Below are positions 1-11,100 of a DNA stretch of 64,000 bases, piece by piece; the stretch's first letter is position 1, and the number at the start of each line of letters is the position of its first letter. Made by a program: the position numbers and the translations under genes. Location: the NCBI GenBank assembly GCA_013202295.1, contig JABMRT010000118.1:16109-80108 (forward strand). The letters are read 5' to 3'. Source of the stretch: Candidatus Zhuqueibacterota bacterium (lineage in GTDB: Bacteria > Zhuqueibacterota > QNDG01 > JABMRT01). The notes below the pieces were generated by a model that saw nothing but the letters and a program-made list of their open reading frames with translations, did no database searches and had not been told where the DNA came from.

Positions 1-16
1 CAGATGTATTAAGCAT

Positions 17-421
17 ATGCTCGGATTTACAAAAACGGAAGAACGAGTGGTGGTGATTCTGATCGGAACCTTTCTTTTGGGTTCAACAATCCGATTGGTT
101 CAATCCCGATTTGCACCACTTCCGAAACCGGTTGTCAAGGCGCAGTGGGTTCCATCTCTTGAAACAGGAACCGATCCTTCACCAAAACAAGCCGATGCAC
201 CGAAAAAGAAGGATGCCATAAAAAATCAGCTTGTTGAAATTAACAGCGCCACATATGAAGACTTGATATTAATTCCCGGAATCGGGCCCGTTCTGGCCGA
301 CCGGATTATTCAATATAGAGAGAGCAAAGACGGATTTACATCCATAGAAGAATTGAAAAACATAAAAGGTGTGGGTCAGAAAAAATTTGAAAATTTAAAA
401 TCAGGTTTTATAATTCATTAA
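17..421 (+). CDS. comEA: ComEA-like competence protein with signal/TM N-terminus and C-terminal helix-hairpin-helix DNA-binding domain
   Basis: C-terminal 'INSATYEDLILIPGIGPVLADRIIQYRESKDGFTSIEELKNIKGVGQKKFENLK' is the canonical ComEA tandem HhH motif (GIGP...A..I, GVG). The N-terminus has a hydrophobic helix (VVVILIGTFLLGS). Confidence 0.75.
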   Translation: MLGFTKTEERVVVILIGTFLLGSTIRLVQSRFAPLPKPVVKAQWVPSLETGTDPSPKQADAPKKKDAIKNQLVEINSATYEDLILIPGIGPVLADRIIQYRESKDGFTSIEELKNIKGVGQKKFENLKSGFIIH

Positions 422-470
422 TTGCAATCCGGATCAGACAAACAGTTTGACCGCGATAGGAGGAAAAGAA

Positions 471-2498
471 ATGGCAGATAAGCCACAAGGAAATATTCTT
501 TTTGAAATCATAATTGCAGTGCTGGCAATTATTTTGATTTTCACGATTTTATATCCTCAAAAAGTCTGGAACAAAGAAGATGTCCAGGAATCAATGTGTC
601 GTGCCAGAATGGACGCGATACTCAATCTTGAGCTCCAATACAATAATCAGGTCTGGACTTATTCGGATAGTCTCGAAAAAGTCAAAGATGCAGTGTTTGC
701 CGATCCCAGAGCGGTATCATGGCTTGACAGTCTTGTGATCTGGGACGACCTGGTTACTCGGGATGAATTGAAAACACTTGTGGATGCGAAAACATTCCCA
801 CAGGATCTCCGCACATTGATCCGTGAGAAGCTGTTGAAGGGAGAACCAATACGCAATCTGGGGCAATACGATTCGCTCCAATACAGACTCATCAATACAC
901 TGAAGGCACAGCTCGAAGATACAAGCGGAGCACAAAATGCTCTGCTCGATACCAACATTCAGTGGACAGTGCTTTTTGGCGAACGAAACGTTGAGAACAT
1001 GGTGGATGCCGCTGATCTGTCCAAACCTATCATCCGCCGTGCAATATCAGCTATTCAGAGTGATACACCGGTAGAGGAGACACGTGCATGGAAAACACTT
1101 TACCCTGCGTTTTATAAAAAGCTTGAAGAGATTATTCAAACTGCCGAAACATCGGACATCTGGGAGAAAAAGGATCTGGATGAGTGGAAAGAGATAAAAC
1201 GCGTTGAATGGGAAGCGGATCTGGACACACTCTCTATTGAAGAGCAGGATTCACTATGGGCCCAGAATCAGCGTGAACTGTGGGACAAGGCGAAAGATAT
1301 TGTCTGGAAAAGGGACAGTAATATACTTTGGAAAGCCGAGAAAGAAATCTGGCCGGAAGAAAATGAATCCATGTGGACACGTATTGTTTCCCAGAAATGG
1401 GAATCCGATCGTAAAAAAGAGTGGATTACATCCACAACAGATGATCAGGAGAAACTCCTTTCTTTCTGGCTTTCTGTACAACTAGCAGATACGACTGAAA
1501 TGGATGAAGAGATTGTGGATAGCACGCTCACAACCATTGCTGTGGATACAGCGTTTGAAGCGAAGGCTTTTTTCACCGAAAAACGCGATTCGCTCTGGCG
1601 GGTCGATTTACGTACAATTCGTACTCTGGAATATGAACCATGGCTGAAGAAGAATAATAAATTTGTCACGGAAGTCATTGAAAATATATGGCAAAACGAT
1701 CGCCGGATTACCTGGGAGACAGACGCATATGAAAGATGGCTCGCAGAGAAGAATGAAGACAAATCTGCTCGCTGGGTTGAGCTGAAAGAGGCACTCTGGA
1801 TCACTTCATGGAGTGAGTTGTGGAAGGATGAGGAAATTAAATTGGAGAGAAAGAATTCCGCATTAAGAAAATTGGATCTTTCCGTCAGTTGGGCCGGGCT
1901 TCTTCCCGCTGATCAGATCGAATCGCTTGTCGCCGGACTTGAGCTGCCAAACACGGCTATGATTTGGAAAAAATTAACTGCTAAGACGGATGAAAAGGGA
2001 TCCAAGCTCTATAAGTCGGGTATGGTCGCACTCTTCAGAGACGCTCTCATCGAATTTGTCAATGCATGTCCGGTTGCCAAGGTGCCTTATTTAATTCAAG
2101 TACAGGATACTACGGTTATTAAAAGAGTGAGTATTAAGTGTCCAATCAGTACAACCCACGATCTATCTGTTGGTGAATATAAATACGCCGTAATCGAAGA
2201 CACTGTCGATGTTGAAGAGGATGTGCTCATTGCTGAAACAATGATCCTGGAAGAATCGGATACAACGGCTGTGTTGGTTGAAGAGGAGATAGAAGAACCG
2301 GTCCAGGAGGAAGTGGCTCCTAAAAAATCATCCAAATCCTATGTTGTTTCATTGCGTGTGGACCCAATAACCAGAGATACAACGAAAACCCGGCTCTCTT
2401 TGCCAGCCAACGTGAAACTGTTTGGCGGTGGCACCCTTCGCAATCATGGCAATATTGATGAAGATGGCAAGAAAAGCTGGCAGAAAAAGGGACGCTAA
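471..2498 (+). CDS. Large (~675 aa) protein with type IV pilin-like N-terminus (class III signal peptide) and Trp-rich periodic repeat region
   Basis: ATG at 471 is preceded by AGGAGG (459-464). The N-terminus 'MADKPQG|NILFEIIIAVLAIILIFTILYP' has a short basic leader ending in Gly, Glu at +5 after the Gly, and a ~20-aa hydrophobic helix ending in Pro, as in type IVa pilins and pseudopilins. The central segment has W every 7-11 residues (WEKKDLDEWKEIKRVEWEADLD...LWAQNQRELWDKAKDIVWKRDSNILWKAEKEIWPEENESMWTRIVSQKWESDRKKEW). PilM-like and PilN-like genes lie directly downstream. Confidence 0.5.
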   Translation: MADKPQGNILFEIIIAVLAIILIFTILYPQKVWNKEDVQESMCRARMDAILNLELQYNNQVWTYSDSLEKVKDAVFADPRAVSWLDSLVIWDDLVTRDELKTLVDAKTFPQDLRTLIREKLLKGEPIRNLGQYDSLQYRLINTLKAQLEDTSGAQNALLDTNIQWTVLFGERNVENMVDAADLSKPIIRRAISAIQSDTPVEETRAWKTLYPAFYKKLEEIIQTAETSDIWEKKDLDEWKEIKRVEWEADLDTLSIEEQDSLWAQNQRELWDKAKDIVWKRDSNILWKAEKEIWPEENESMWTRIVSQKWESDRKKEWITSTTDDQEKLLSFWLSVQLADTTEMDEEIVDSTLTTIAVDTAFEAKAFFTEKRDSLWRVDLRTIRTLEYEPWLKKNNKFVTEVIENIWQNDRRITWETDAYERWLAEKNEDKSARWVELKEALWITSWSELWKDEEIKLERKNSALRKLDLSVSWAGLLPADQIESLVAGLELPNTAMIWKKLTAKTDEKGSKLYKSGMVALFRDALIEFVNACPVAKVPYLIQVQDTTVIKRVSIKCPISTTHDLSVGEYKYAVIEDTVDVEEDVLIAETMILEESDTTAVLVEEEIEEPVQEEVAPKKSSKSYVVSLRVDPITRDTTKTRLSLPANVKLFGGGTLRNHGNIDEDGKKSWQKKGR

Positions 2499-2522
2499 TT
2501 CTTTTAAGGCACGGATGAAATT

Positions 2523-3509
2523 TTGAAAAAAGGAAACGATAAAATCTTTCTGTCTTTTTCGATAGAACGAGATGCGATTCATCTTGTGGCTTCGAGCTCC
2601 AAACAGATTATTGGTTTGGATTCAAAAGAATTGGTTCAGCAATTTGATCATAACGGGATTCGCTCTGAAGAGATCTTGTATGAAAATTCGATAGATATTT
2701 TAAAGAAAATGCGTGAACCCTATGGTGACCGCGCCCAAAAGGCGGGGATTGTCATTGGCCAGGAGTTGGTGCTGGTTAAACGCGTGCCCGTGGCTTTGGG
2801 ATTGGATGACGAGCAGGTAAAGGACCAGCTTGATTGGGAAGCCAAGCAACTTTGCATCTCTTCGCCTGAAGAATTCAACATTGTCTCCAAGAGGATGACA
2901 CAAAGAGAGACAGGCGGCAATCAAGTATATTTAATCATACTGGTCCGAAAAAAAATCATTCAATTAATACACCGGCTTATCAAAAAGGCGGATCTAAAGC
3001 TGGTCGATGTTGAGATTGACTTGTTTGCGAATTTCCGCCTCTTTCAGGCGAACGAGAATCCCAAAGAAGGAGAAACATCTGTACTCATTCATTTACAAGA
3101 GGATACTCTCACTTTCACAGTGATCCGCGATAATGAGTATTGTCTATCTCAACGACTGGCTGTCAAGTCTGCAGGAGAGACTGAGGAAGAATTAAGCGAA
3201 AAGGTTGTTCCCTTGATTTTAAAAGAACTGAAACGCCTTGTTTTTGCACATCGTTTTGGAAATGATATTCAAGATCTCAACGGCGTTTATCTTTTATCAG
3301 AAACACCGCTTCATCTGTTTAAACAAGGGCTTGCTTCCAAGCTGCCTATTCCTGTTACACAGATTAATCCTTTTATGCAATTTGCTATCTCGGATAAATT
3401 AATTCATACAAGTAATTTTTCCGAATCACCTGGTAAGTTTGCTTCAGCTCTTGGGCAGACATATAAACATTATCCAGCATTGGTAAAAAAAGCCGCTGCT
3501 GGCAGATGA
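2523..3509 (+). CDS. PilM-like (actin-like ATPase fold) pilus assembly protein, putative; start codon uncertain (TTG at 2523 or GTG near 2587)
   Basis: The ~330 aa size fits PilM. 'SKQIIGLDSKELVQQ' resembles the PilM N-terminal 'vGiDiGsssiKvv.l' strand. The gene sits immediately upstream of an ORF whose N-terminus carries the PilN 'INL' motif. The assignment rests on context and weak motifs only. Confidence 0.4.
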   Translation: MKKGNDKIFLSFSIERDAIHLVASSSKQIIGLDSKELVQQFDHNGIRSEEILYENSIDILKKMREPYGDRAQKAGIVIGQELVLVKRVPVALGLDDEQVKDQLDWEAKQLCISSPEEFNIVSKRMTQRETGGNQVYLIILVRKKIIQLIHRLIKKADLKLVDVEIDLFANFRLFQANENPKEGETSVLIHLQEDTLTFTVIRDNEYCLSQRLAVKSAGETEEELSEKVVPLILKELKRLVFAHRFGNDIQDLNGVYLLSETPLHLFKQGLASKLPIPVTQINPFMQFAISDKLIHTSNFSESPGKFASALGQTYKHYPALVKKAAAGR

Positions 3510-3530
3510 CACACAGGGAGGATATAACCC

Positions 3531-4622
3531 ATGGTGGACATTAATCTGTTTGATGACGACGAATCCGAAGAAAAAGATGCTTTTGATGACGGTTTTGGCG
3601 CCGAATCGCTGGATAATCATGATGACCTGAACGCGGATAATTTAGGTGGCGACTTGAGTCTGGATGATGATTTATCAAGTGATGATGCCGGTTTTGGCGA
3701 GGATTCACTCCTTGACGGCGATGACACGATTCCAGAGTTTGAAGAATCGATTGAAAGCGATGAAATGGATGATTATGCCTTCGAAGACACGGGCAAGAAA
3801 AAATCCATTCCGTGGATCTGGATCATCCTTGGCGTGGTTGTAATCGCTGTGGTTGTCTATCTCTATGTCATTGTTCCCAGTCAGGGCCCAAAACCTGTGA
3901 AAGTGCAGAAATCAAAAAGGCCGGTGTCAGCACAGACTGCTTCAGGAACCAAAATCCAAGCAGATCAAGGCGCACAAAATAAAACCGAACAACCGGGATC
4001 TACTTCAGCAATACCTGTTACATCTGTTGCTGGAAAGACTGGCAATCCAGTGATTGCCGCCCGTGCGGTGTTTGAAGACTTGAGCAAAAAAGGTTCACTG
4101 GGAGTTGTAATCCTGAGCGGAAACCAGTATCTTGTGCAGTATGTTTCCAAAACACCGGGTCAAGGTGATGTCATCGGAAAAAATATTCAGGCCTTGATTG
4201 GTGCATCTTCATATGAGGTATCACCTGAAGATGTACAGGGTTCCGGCGGGCAGGCACAGTATTCCGGTGTCATTTCATGCGTGATGCCAGCGCCGGTTAA
4301 ACAACAGTTGGCTCCGGATCAAAATCCCTATCAGACCATTGATCAATTCAATCAACGGGTCTCTGAGCTGGTTAAACAAAGCGGGCTGGAACTGAAAAGT
4401 ACAGAAAAAATATCCGGCTCAAGAGGCAGTGACGGCAAACAGCCATCCGGTCATATGATTGTTGAGGGAGGGAAAGTTCAGGCGTTGAATTTCCTGAATG
4501 CATTGAATGCTTTGCAGGGAAACTGGAGCCTTTCGAGGCTTCAGTTGAATCCTTTAAATAATATGGATTATTCTGCAGAGAAAGTACGGATTGGGATCTC
4601 CTTTATTGTCCAGATCGGATAA
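3531..4622 (+). CDS. PilN-like bitopic membrane protein with an acidic disordered cytoplasmic N-terminal region (possible PilN/PilO-like fusion)
   Basis: GGAGG RBS upstream. The N-terminus 'MVDINLFDDDE' matches the conserved PilN N-terminal 'M..INLLP' motif that binds PilM. Residues 10-85 are ~40% D/E. A single TM helix (WIWIILGVVVIAVVVYLYVIV) is followed by a ~240-aa periplasmic domain. Confidence 0.4.
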   Translation: MVDINLFDDDESEEKDAFDDGFGAESLDNHDDLNADNLGGDLSLDDDLSSDDAGFGEDSLLDGDDTIPEFEESIESDEMDDYAFEDTGKKKSIPWIWIILGVVVIAVVVYLYVIVPSQGPKPVKVQKSKRPVSAQTASGTKIQADQGAQNKTEQPGSTSAIPVTSVAGKTGNPVIAARAVFEDLSKKGSLGVVILSGNQYLVQYVSKTPGQGDVIGKNIQALIGASSYEVSPEDVQGSGGQAQYSGVISCVMPAPVKQQLAPDQNPYQTIDQFNQRVSELVKQSGLELKSTEKISGSRGSDGKQPSGHMIVEGGKVQALNFLNALNALQGNWSLSRLQLNPLNNMDYSAEKVRIGISFIVQIG

Positions 4623-4666
4623 GATAGGGTGTCGGAATCCTTCGCATTGATGATTGAAATAATATT

Positions 4667-5230
4667 GTGATACGTGTCATTGGGGGTTCCGCTCGCGGGA
4701 GAAGGTTGAAAGGTCCCAAAGGAACGGCCTTTCGTCCCACAACAGGCCGGGTGAAGGAATATATTTTTAATATACTTGGGGAGACGATTCAGGACGCGGT
4801 TGTTTTAGATTTATTCTCTGGTTCAGGCTCGCTGGGCATTGAGGCATTGAGCCGCGGTGCACGGCATGTCACATTTGTTGAGTTGGATGCCAGCCACACA
4901 CACATTTTAGAAGACAATCTCAACACGTGCAGATTCAGAGAACAAGGCCGGATTTACAGGGGGAATGTTTTCACACAAATTGAGCGCATGCATAATTCTT
5001 CAATGCAGTTTGATCTTGTATTGGCAGATCCCCCCTTTAAAGAAAAGTACCATCAGCACATTGTTGAGGCTCTGACAAGGTTCCCAATCTTGAAACATAA
5101 AGGATTGTGTCTTATCGAGCATGAAAAAAATGATCCGGCCGACGAAAGCAGAGAATTAGCGCTTGAGAAATCCAGAGCGTTTGGGCATGTGACCGTATCC
5201 ATGTATGAGCAAATAACCAATATTCTATAA
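4667..5230 (+). CDS. rsmD: 16S rRNA (guanine966-N2)-methyltransferase RsmD
   Basis: SAM-binding motif 'VLDLFSGSGSLGIEALSRGA' and substrate motif 'LVLADPPF'. ~185 aa. Conserved rsmD-coaD gene pair. Confidence 0.85.
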   Translation: MIRVIGGSARGRRLKGPKGTAFRPTTGRVKEYIFNILGETIQDAVVLDLFSGSGSLGIEALSRGARHVTFVELDASHTHILEDNLNTCRFREQGRIYRGNVFTQIERMHNSSMQFDLVLADPPFKEKYHQHIVEALTRFPILKHKGLCLIEHEKNDPADESRELALEKSRAFGHVTVSMYEQITNIL

Positions 5231-5239
5231 TGAGATAAA

Positions 5240-5716
5240 ATGAGAACAGCCATATATCCAGGAACTTTCGATCCGATTACGAATGGACACCTTGATATCG
5301 CAATAAGAGCGTCCGCCTTGTTTGACAAGGTGATTGTAGCGGTTGCAGAAAATCCACAAAAAAAGCCGTTGTTTTCCAAAACAGAAAGACGCGATCTTGT
5401 TTCACAGTCGGTGAAGGATATCGAGAATGTTGAAGTGACCGATTTTGATGGATTGCTTGTGGACTATGCCAAATCTGTGAATGCATGTGCCATCATCCGT
5501 GGATTACGCGCTGTTTCTGATTTTGAATTCGAGTTTCAAATGGCATTGATGAATCGAAAGCTGTGTCCGGAACTTGAAACGGTCTATTTGATGCCCAGTG
5601 AAAAATACACCTATATCAACTCGACTATTGTGAAAGAGATCGCTCGCCTTGGCGGAAAAATTGATTGTTTTCTCCCGGAGGCAGTTGTTCCCTATTTAAA
5701 AGAGAAACTGAAATAG
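5240..5716 (+). CDS. coaD: Phosphopantetheine adenylyltransferase
   Basis: The N-terminus 'AIYPGTFDPITNGHLDI' (T/HxGH nucleotidyltransferase motif) is typical of CoaD. 158 aa. Confidence 0.9.
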   Translation: MRTAIYPGTFDPITNGHLDIAIRASALFDKVIVAVAENPQKKPLFSKTERRDLVSQSVKDIENVEVTDFDGLLVDYAKSVNACAIIRGLRAVSDFEFEFQMALMNRKLCPELETVYLMPSEKYTYINSTIVKEIARLGGKIDCFLPEAVVPYLKEKLK

Positions 5717-5717
5717 A

Positions 5718-6725
5718 ATGACCGAATCGAACAAAACGCTCATATTGATTGAAGACATACGCTTGCAGGCAAAAAAACGACAGGCTCGCATTGTTTTTCC
5801 CGAAGGAGAAGACGAGCGAACCATTCGTGCGACCAACCGTTTGGATGATGAAGAAATCTGTCGCCCCATATTGATGGGCGATCCCGAAAAAATTATTCAA
5901 AAGGCTCAGACTCATAAAATCCCATTCGATGAGAAGTCCGTAGAAATTGTTGATCCGAAACAATCCTCGCAATATGAGACATATTCTCAGCAATATTTCG
6001 AATTAAGAAAGCACAAACAGATTACGGAATCTGATGCGTATAAAAAAATGCTTGATCCTTTATTCTTTGGTGCGATGATGATTCGAAATGGAGACGCAGA
6101 TGGTGGTGTAACCGGAGCGGTGCATGCAACCGGTGACGTATTACGTGCTGGAATTCAATGTATCGGTGTAATTGAAGGACTTTCCTTGGTTTCAAGCTGC
6201 TTTTTAATGCTTGTACCGAATTGGCCGGTTCCTTTGACCTTTGCGGATGCAGGTGTGGTGCCTGATCCCAATGCAGAGCAATTGGCCTGTATCGCCATTG
6301 CAAGTGCGAATACACACAAAAAACTGACGAAACAAGATCCGATTGTCGCAATGCTTTCATTTTCCACGAAGGGAAGTGCACAGCACGAACGGGTGGATAA
6401 AGTATGTGAAGCAGTGGAGATAGCCAAAAAATTGGCGCCAGATTTATTGATTGATGGTGAATTGCAAGGGGACGCAGCCCTTGTTGCTGATATCGGAAAT
6501 CAAAAAGCGCCGGGGAGTCCAGTTGCAGGGAGGGCAAATGTTTTAATCTTTCCTGATTTGGATTCTGCAAATATATGTTATAAATTAACACAGAGGCTGG
6601 CTTGCGCAACCGCGCTCGGCCCGCTCGTGCAAGGGCTTGTAAAGCCATTTATGGATTTATCTCGTGGCTGCAGTGCGGATGATATTGTGGATGTGGCAGC
6701 CATTTGCGCCGTGTTAGGCGCGTAA
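5718..6725 (+). CDS. pta: Phosphate acetyltransferase (short-form Pta)
   Basis: 'RIVFPEGEDERTIRA' and 'SFSTKGSAQHERVDKV' match conserved Pta motifs. ~335 aa, like the Bacillus-type Pta. The start overlaps the coaD stop by 1 nt. Confidence 0.8.
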   Translation: MTESNKTLILIEDIRLQAKKRQARIVFPEGEDERTIRATNRLDDEEICRPILMGDPEKIIQKAQTHKIPFDEKSVEIVDPKQSSQYETYSQQYFELRKHKQITESDAYKKMLDPLFFGAMMIRNGDADGGVTGAVHATGDVLRAGIQCIGVIEGLSLVSSCFLMLVPNWPVPLTFADAGVVPDPNAEQLACIAIASANTHKKLTKQDPIVAMLSFSTKGSAQHERVDKVCEAVEIAKKLAPDLLIDGELQGDAALVADIGNQKAPGSPVAGRANVLIFPDLDSANICYKLTQRLACATALGPLVQGLVKPFMDLSRGCSADDIVDVAAICAVLGA

Positions 6726-6861
6726 GTTTTTCTTCAAATTGTCTGGGGGGACAAACATGCCGAAGAATCAGCCGGCTACTTTCGTGTTTCGGATTGCAAT
6801 GTTCCGAAGCGATCCCTCCTTTATACAGATCGTCCTGATAAAAAAAATGATTTGAGATCGC

Positions 6862-7986
6862 ATGGCAAGAATTAATTTCAGCGATAATGTTGAGGCCAGA
6901 GGGCGAAATTTGCACCTACAGACCAACACGCTGGATGAAAATAATCATATGGTTTCCACTCTTTTCGATGGCGGTCGAGTTTTGGCCAAAGAAGATAAAG
7001 TGTATCAAGAAGATCTTGCAGATGACGCACTTCAGAACGAAGTGATGATTTTTCATGCTGATCGGAAGGAATCCATTGAAAGACTGTATCTGATCTCAGC
7101 CAGAGTGAAAACCATGCGGCATGCACAGAGCATGCATATGCTCGGATGTCTTTTCCTGAAATGGCATCTGATTGATGAGGCGATTAGTGAATTTGAATAT
7201 GCCCTGAATCAGGATGATCAATATGGCGATGCCTATCTAAATCTGGGGCGTGCATATATTCTGAGAGGCGGCTTTCAAGAGGCCATTGAAATCCTTCAAA
7301 AGGGAAGAAATATCGCAACCAATTATCCAGATATACAAGCGGAATTGGGATATGCATATTTATTAAACCATCAGCATAAAGAAGCGATTGATATGCTCGA
7401 AGCTGCTCTTAAGATTAATGCCTCTTATGCGGATGTACACTATCTACTCGCACTTGTTTTCTTTTATCGGTTTTTACATGAAGAATCCGGCCAAGACGAT
7501 AATATTGAGCATTTTAAAGACAGAACAATCGAACATTTAAATCGGGCCGTATCACTTTCCAAACGATACAGAATTAAAGCGGTTGGCGAGGGCGTCTTAT
7601 TTATTAAAAGGGGAGAATTTGAGGCGGGCTATCGGAAGCTGCTTGACACCCAAGAGAAGATAGGGCCAGAATTGGATAAGACGTTTCACTATGAATTTTA
7701 TTTAAACTTTCTCTATGGTCAGGATGGGCGGAACCACAAATATCTGGATCAGTACCGCGCAACATTGGAGCAGCTTCTCAGGGAACATCCTGATTATCCG
7801 GATTTGCATAATTATCTGGGCGTGACGTCACTCATTCAGAGCAGGGAACACATCAATCGTGCGATTCATGAGTTCAGAACCGCCAATCAGCTGAATCCGG
7901 AGTATCAGGAAGCTGCGCGGAATCTGAAATTAACGGAAAATGACGGCAAGGGATTTCTCCTGCTACTCAGGGCAGTGCTACGATAA
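6862..7986 (+). CDS. TPR repeat-containing protein
   Basis: Several 34-aa TPR-like units (e.g. 'AISEFEYALNQDDQYGDAYLNLGRAYILRGGFQEAIEILQKG', 'AIHEFRTANQLNPEYQEAARNL'). Confidence 0.6.
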   Translation: MARINFSDNVEARGRNLHLQTNTLDENNHMVSTLFDGGRVLAKEDKVYQEDLADDALQNEVMIFHADRKESIERLYLISARVKTMRHAQSMHMLGCLFLKWHLIDEAISEFEYALNQDDQYGDAYLNLGRAYILRGGFQEAIEILQKGRNIATNYPDIQAELGYAYLLNHQHKEAIDMLEAALKINASYADVHYLLALVFFYRFLHEESGQDDNIEHFKDRTIEHLNRAVSLSKRYRIKAVGEGVLFIKRGEFEAGYRKLLDTQEKIGPELDKTFHYEFYLNFLYGQDGRNHKYLDQYRATLEQLLREHPDYPDLHNYLGVTSLIQSREHINRAIHEFRTANQLNPEYQEAARNLKLTENDGKGFLLLLRAVLR

Positions 7987-8159
7987 GGGTGACCGGAAAT
8001 TGGTCAACATCCATTTTATTATGGAATAAGGGAATTACTAGCAAGCTGTTTTCATTGGAATTAAGTCTTTTTAGAAATCAGTGCTATTCTTTGGTATGCA
8101 GTTTGCTTAAATTAGAAATACTTGATATTTAACAATCAATAAAATCAGGGACACTTCAA

Positions 8160-11100
8160 ATGAGACGGGTCCATAAAAAGAAGAATCAGATGATGCAGAA
8201 TAAAACAAATTTCAGTTTATTGATATTACTCGCGATCGCAAGTCTGCTCCCAAGCACCTCTATTGCGCAGCTCACAGGTGTATCAGTGACCATGGGTGAT
8301 TCGACAGTCAATGCGAGCAGCTGGCATAAGATTGAATTTACGCATACGGACTCTATTCCCAAAGATGGTAAAATTTTAATTGTTTACCCTACAGGTTTTG
8401 ATTTAACTGAAATCTATACTGTCCAATCTGATATGATGGATGGTGCCTGGACAACAATAGTGATCGGCGACACAGTTTTTATCAATCGTAATGGCAATGG
8501 ATCCCAAGAACTACCCGGACGACCTGAAAGATTATATTTGTTAAATGTGGGTAATCACACACAATCCGGCACCAGCTTCACAGTCGATGTGGAAACAAGG
8601 TTTTATAATGACGCAGTAATTGATCAAGGAACCTCAAACGGATTCAGCCTTAATCCCGGGGAAATGGATCGGTTTGCTTTTTCAGGCATTCCGGCCAACG
8701 TTGAAGCGGGAGATCAATTTCCAATAACGATCACTGCACAAGATGAGTATGGGAATGATGCTACAGGTTTTACCTCCGATGCAACTCTTTCAGATAAAAC
8801 AGGTACGTTAAGTATTTCTGGAGGTGGCACTACTACAAGCTATTTCACCGCAGGCGTTTGGAGTGGAAACATTCAAATACTTCAAACAAATCTAAGCAAT
8901 TCAATTACAGCTACCTCGGGGAGCAAGACCAGCACATCCGGCTCTTTCGTGGTCGATCCAACAACCTTGGATTACTTCACATTCGGTGCAATCTCAAGCC
9001 CACAAACTGCGGATACACCGTTTGGTGTTAGCATTACGGCCTATGACAACCTTGGCAATATCAAGACGGATTACACAGGTAATACTGATTTGACCGACCA
9101 AACAGGAAACTTATCAATCACGCTCAACGAATTTGACAACAATACGACCGCTGCATTTTCAGGCGGCATCTGGAGCGGCAATGTTCAAGTGACTCAGACG
9201 TCAACTGATAATTTTATTACGGCTTCCGGTCCTGCGAGTGGCAATTCCGGGCAGTTCAATATCAATCCTGCGTCAGCAAGCACATTTACTTTTTCCAATA
9301 TCGTTGATCAGGAGGTCGGTGAGCCTTTCCTGATTACAATCACAGCACGCGATCTTTATAATAATGTAGCAACCAGTTTTGGATTAACCGCTACATTATC
9401 CGATGTGACCGGCACACTTCAGATCAGGGCCAATGGCAGTGGAACCACAACAAATAGTTTCTCATCCGGTGTGTGGACCGGGAACGTTGATGTCAATCTG
9501 ATTCATACTGCCGATCAGATTTCTGCGGTCAGTGGTGCTGTGACTGGCAGCTCAACTCAATTTCGAGTGGATCCAACCAGTTCAGTGGATCACTTTGATG
9601 TCACAATTGCCTCCATAGGCACTCCGAAAACCGCAGGCGTTCCGTTTTCCGTAACCATAGAAGCAATTGATGAATTTGGGAATACCGCCGATTATTCCGG
9701 CAATGTCACACTCTTTGACGAAACAGGGACCAATTCACCACAACAGGTTGCAATCAGCAATGGAACTTGGACGGGGAATGTTACGATAGAGCAAGTGCGA
9801 TCTAACAACTCTTTGACGGTTGCTGGTGCGGGTGAGGGTGGGGTGTCCGGCAACTTTGATGTTGTGGCGAACACAGTAGCCTCCTTCGGAATTAATCCGA
9901 TCACCAGCCCCCAACGGGCCGGAAGTTTTTCCATAAACATGACTGCGTATGACGTGTATGATAACATTGCCACAAGCTTCAATCAAACGGTGACACTGGA
10001 AGTTCTCGCATCCGCGACTATTGCCATTACGCCAACGACAAGCGGCGCGTTCAGCAATGGTCAGAGAACCCAGACGGTGCAGATTACCCAGGCCGCGCAG
10101 GATCTTCAAATCCGTATTGTGGATGCAGGGAGCCATGAGGGCACTTCCAACCTGTTCAATGTGATTCATCATGCCACACTCGATGAGTTCGTGATTGGTC
10201 CCATCGCGACCCAGGCAGCAGGGCTTCCTTTTACCCTCTCTTTAACTGCGGTAGATCAATACGGAAACACTTATACCAGTTTTGACGGCACAGACAATTG
10301 GGTATATATCAGCCATTCCGGTTCTGGCAGTATCGTTCCGGTCCAAAGTCAAACTTTTGATCAAGGCAAGTGGGTCGGGAATATTACGATCGATGAGGTT
10401 CAGACGGGCGATGTAATTACTGTCACACGCTATAGCGGCTTAGAAAACGGGCAATCTAACGCATTTAACGTGACGCCAGGCGTGGTAAGTTATTTTGAAT
10501 TTGATCCAATACCCGATCCCATTGTAGCGGGCGATACTTTCCAGATCTGGGTGCGCGCCTATGATGCACAGGGCAATCTCGTTACCGGAGCGGAAGGATC
10601 CTTCGTGATCAATCTGATTGACGAAACCGGATCGATTCTTGACGATACGGGCACAATCAACATAAGCCAGGTTTCACTGATTGGTGGAGTGGGTACTGAA
10701 ACAATTCAGATCCGGGAAAGCATTTACAATAACACACTCACTGCATCCGGGCAAGGTAAAAGCGGTATATCCAATGAATTCGATGTGAATCCCGCCGCGG
10801 TGAATCATTTCAATATTGGTGTGATTGGCAGCCCGCAATTCTCTACTCAAAGTTTTGCGATGACCATCACAGCCAAGGATCAGTTTGAGAACACGGTCGA
10901 TTATTATACAGAGTCTGTGTACCTGTCCGATTCAACCGGAACAATCCAGCCCACACAAAGCGGTACTTTTATTAATGGTGTGCGTACTGTTTCCGTTCAG
11001 ATCACAGAAGCGAGAAACGATGTCCGCATTTGGGCGTATCTTGGATCCGGGGAAAAGGGCGAATCCAATCTGTTTAATGTGTTCCCCGGTCCATTGGATC

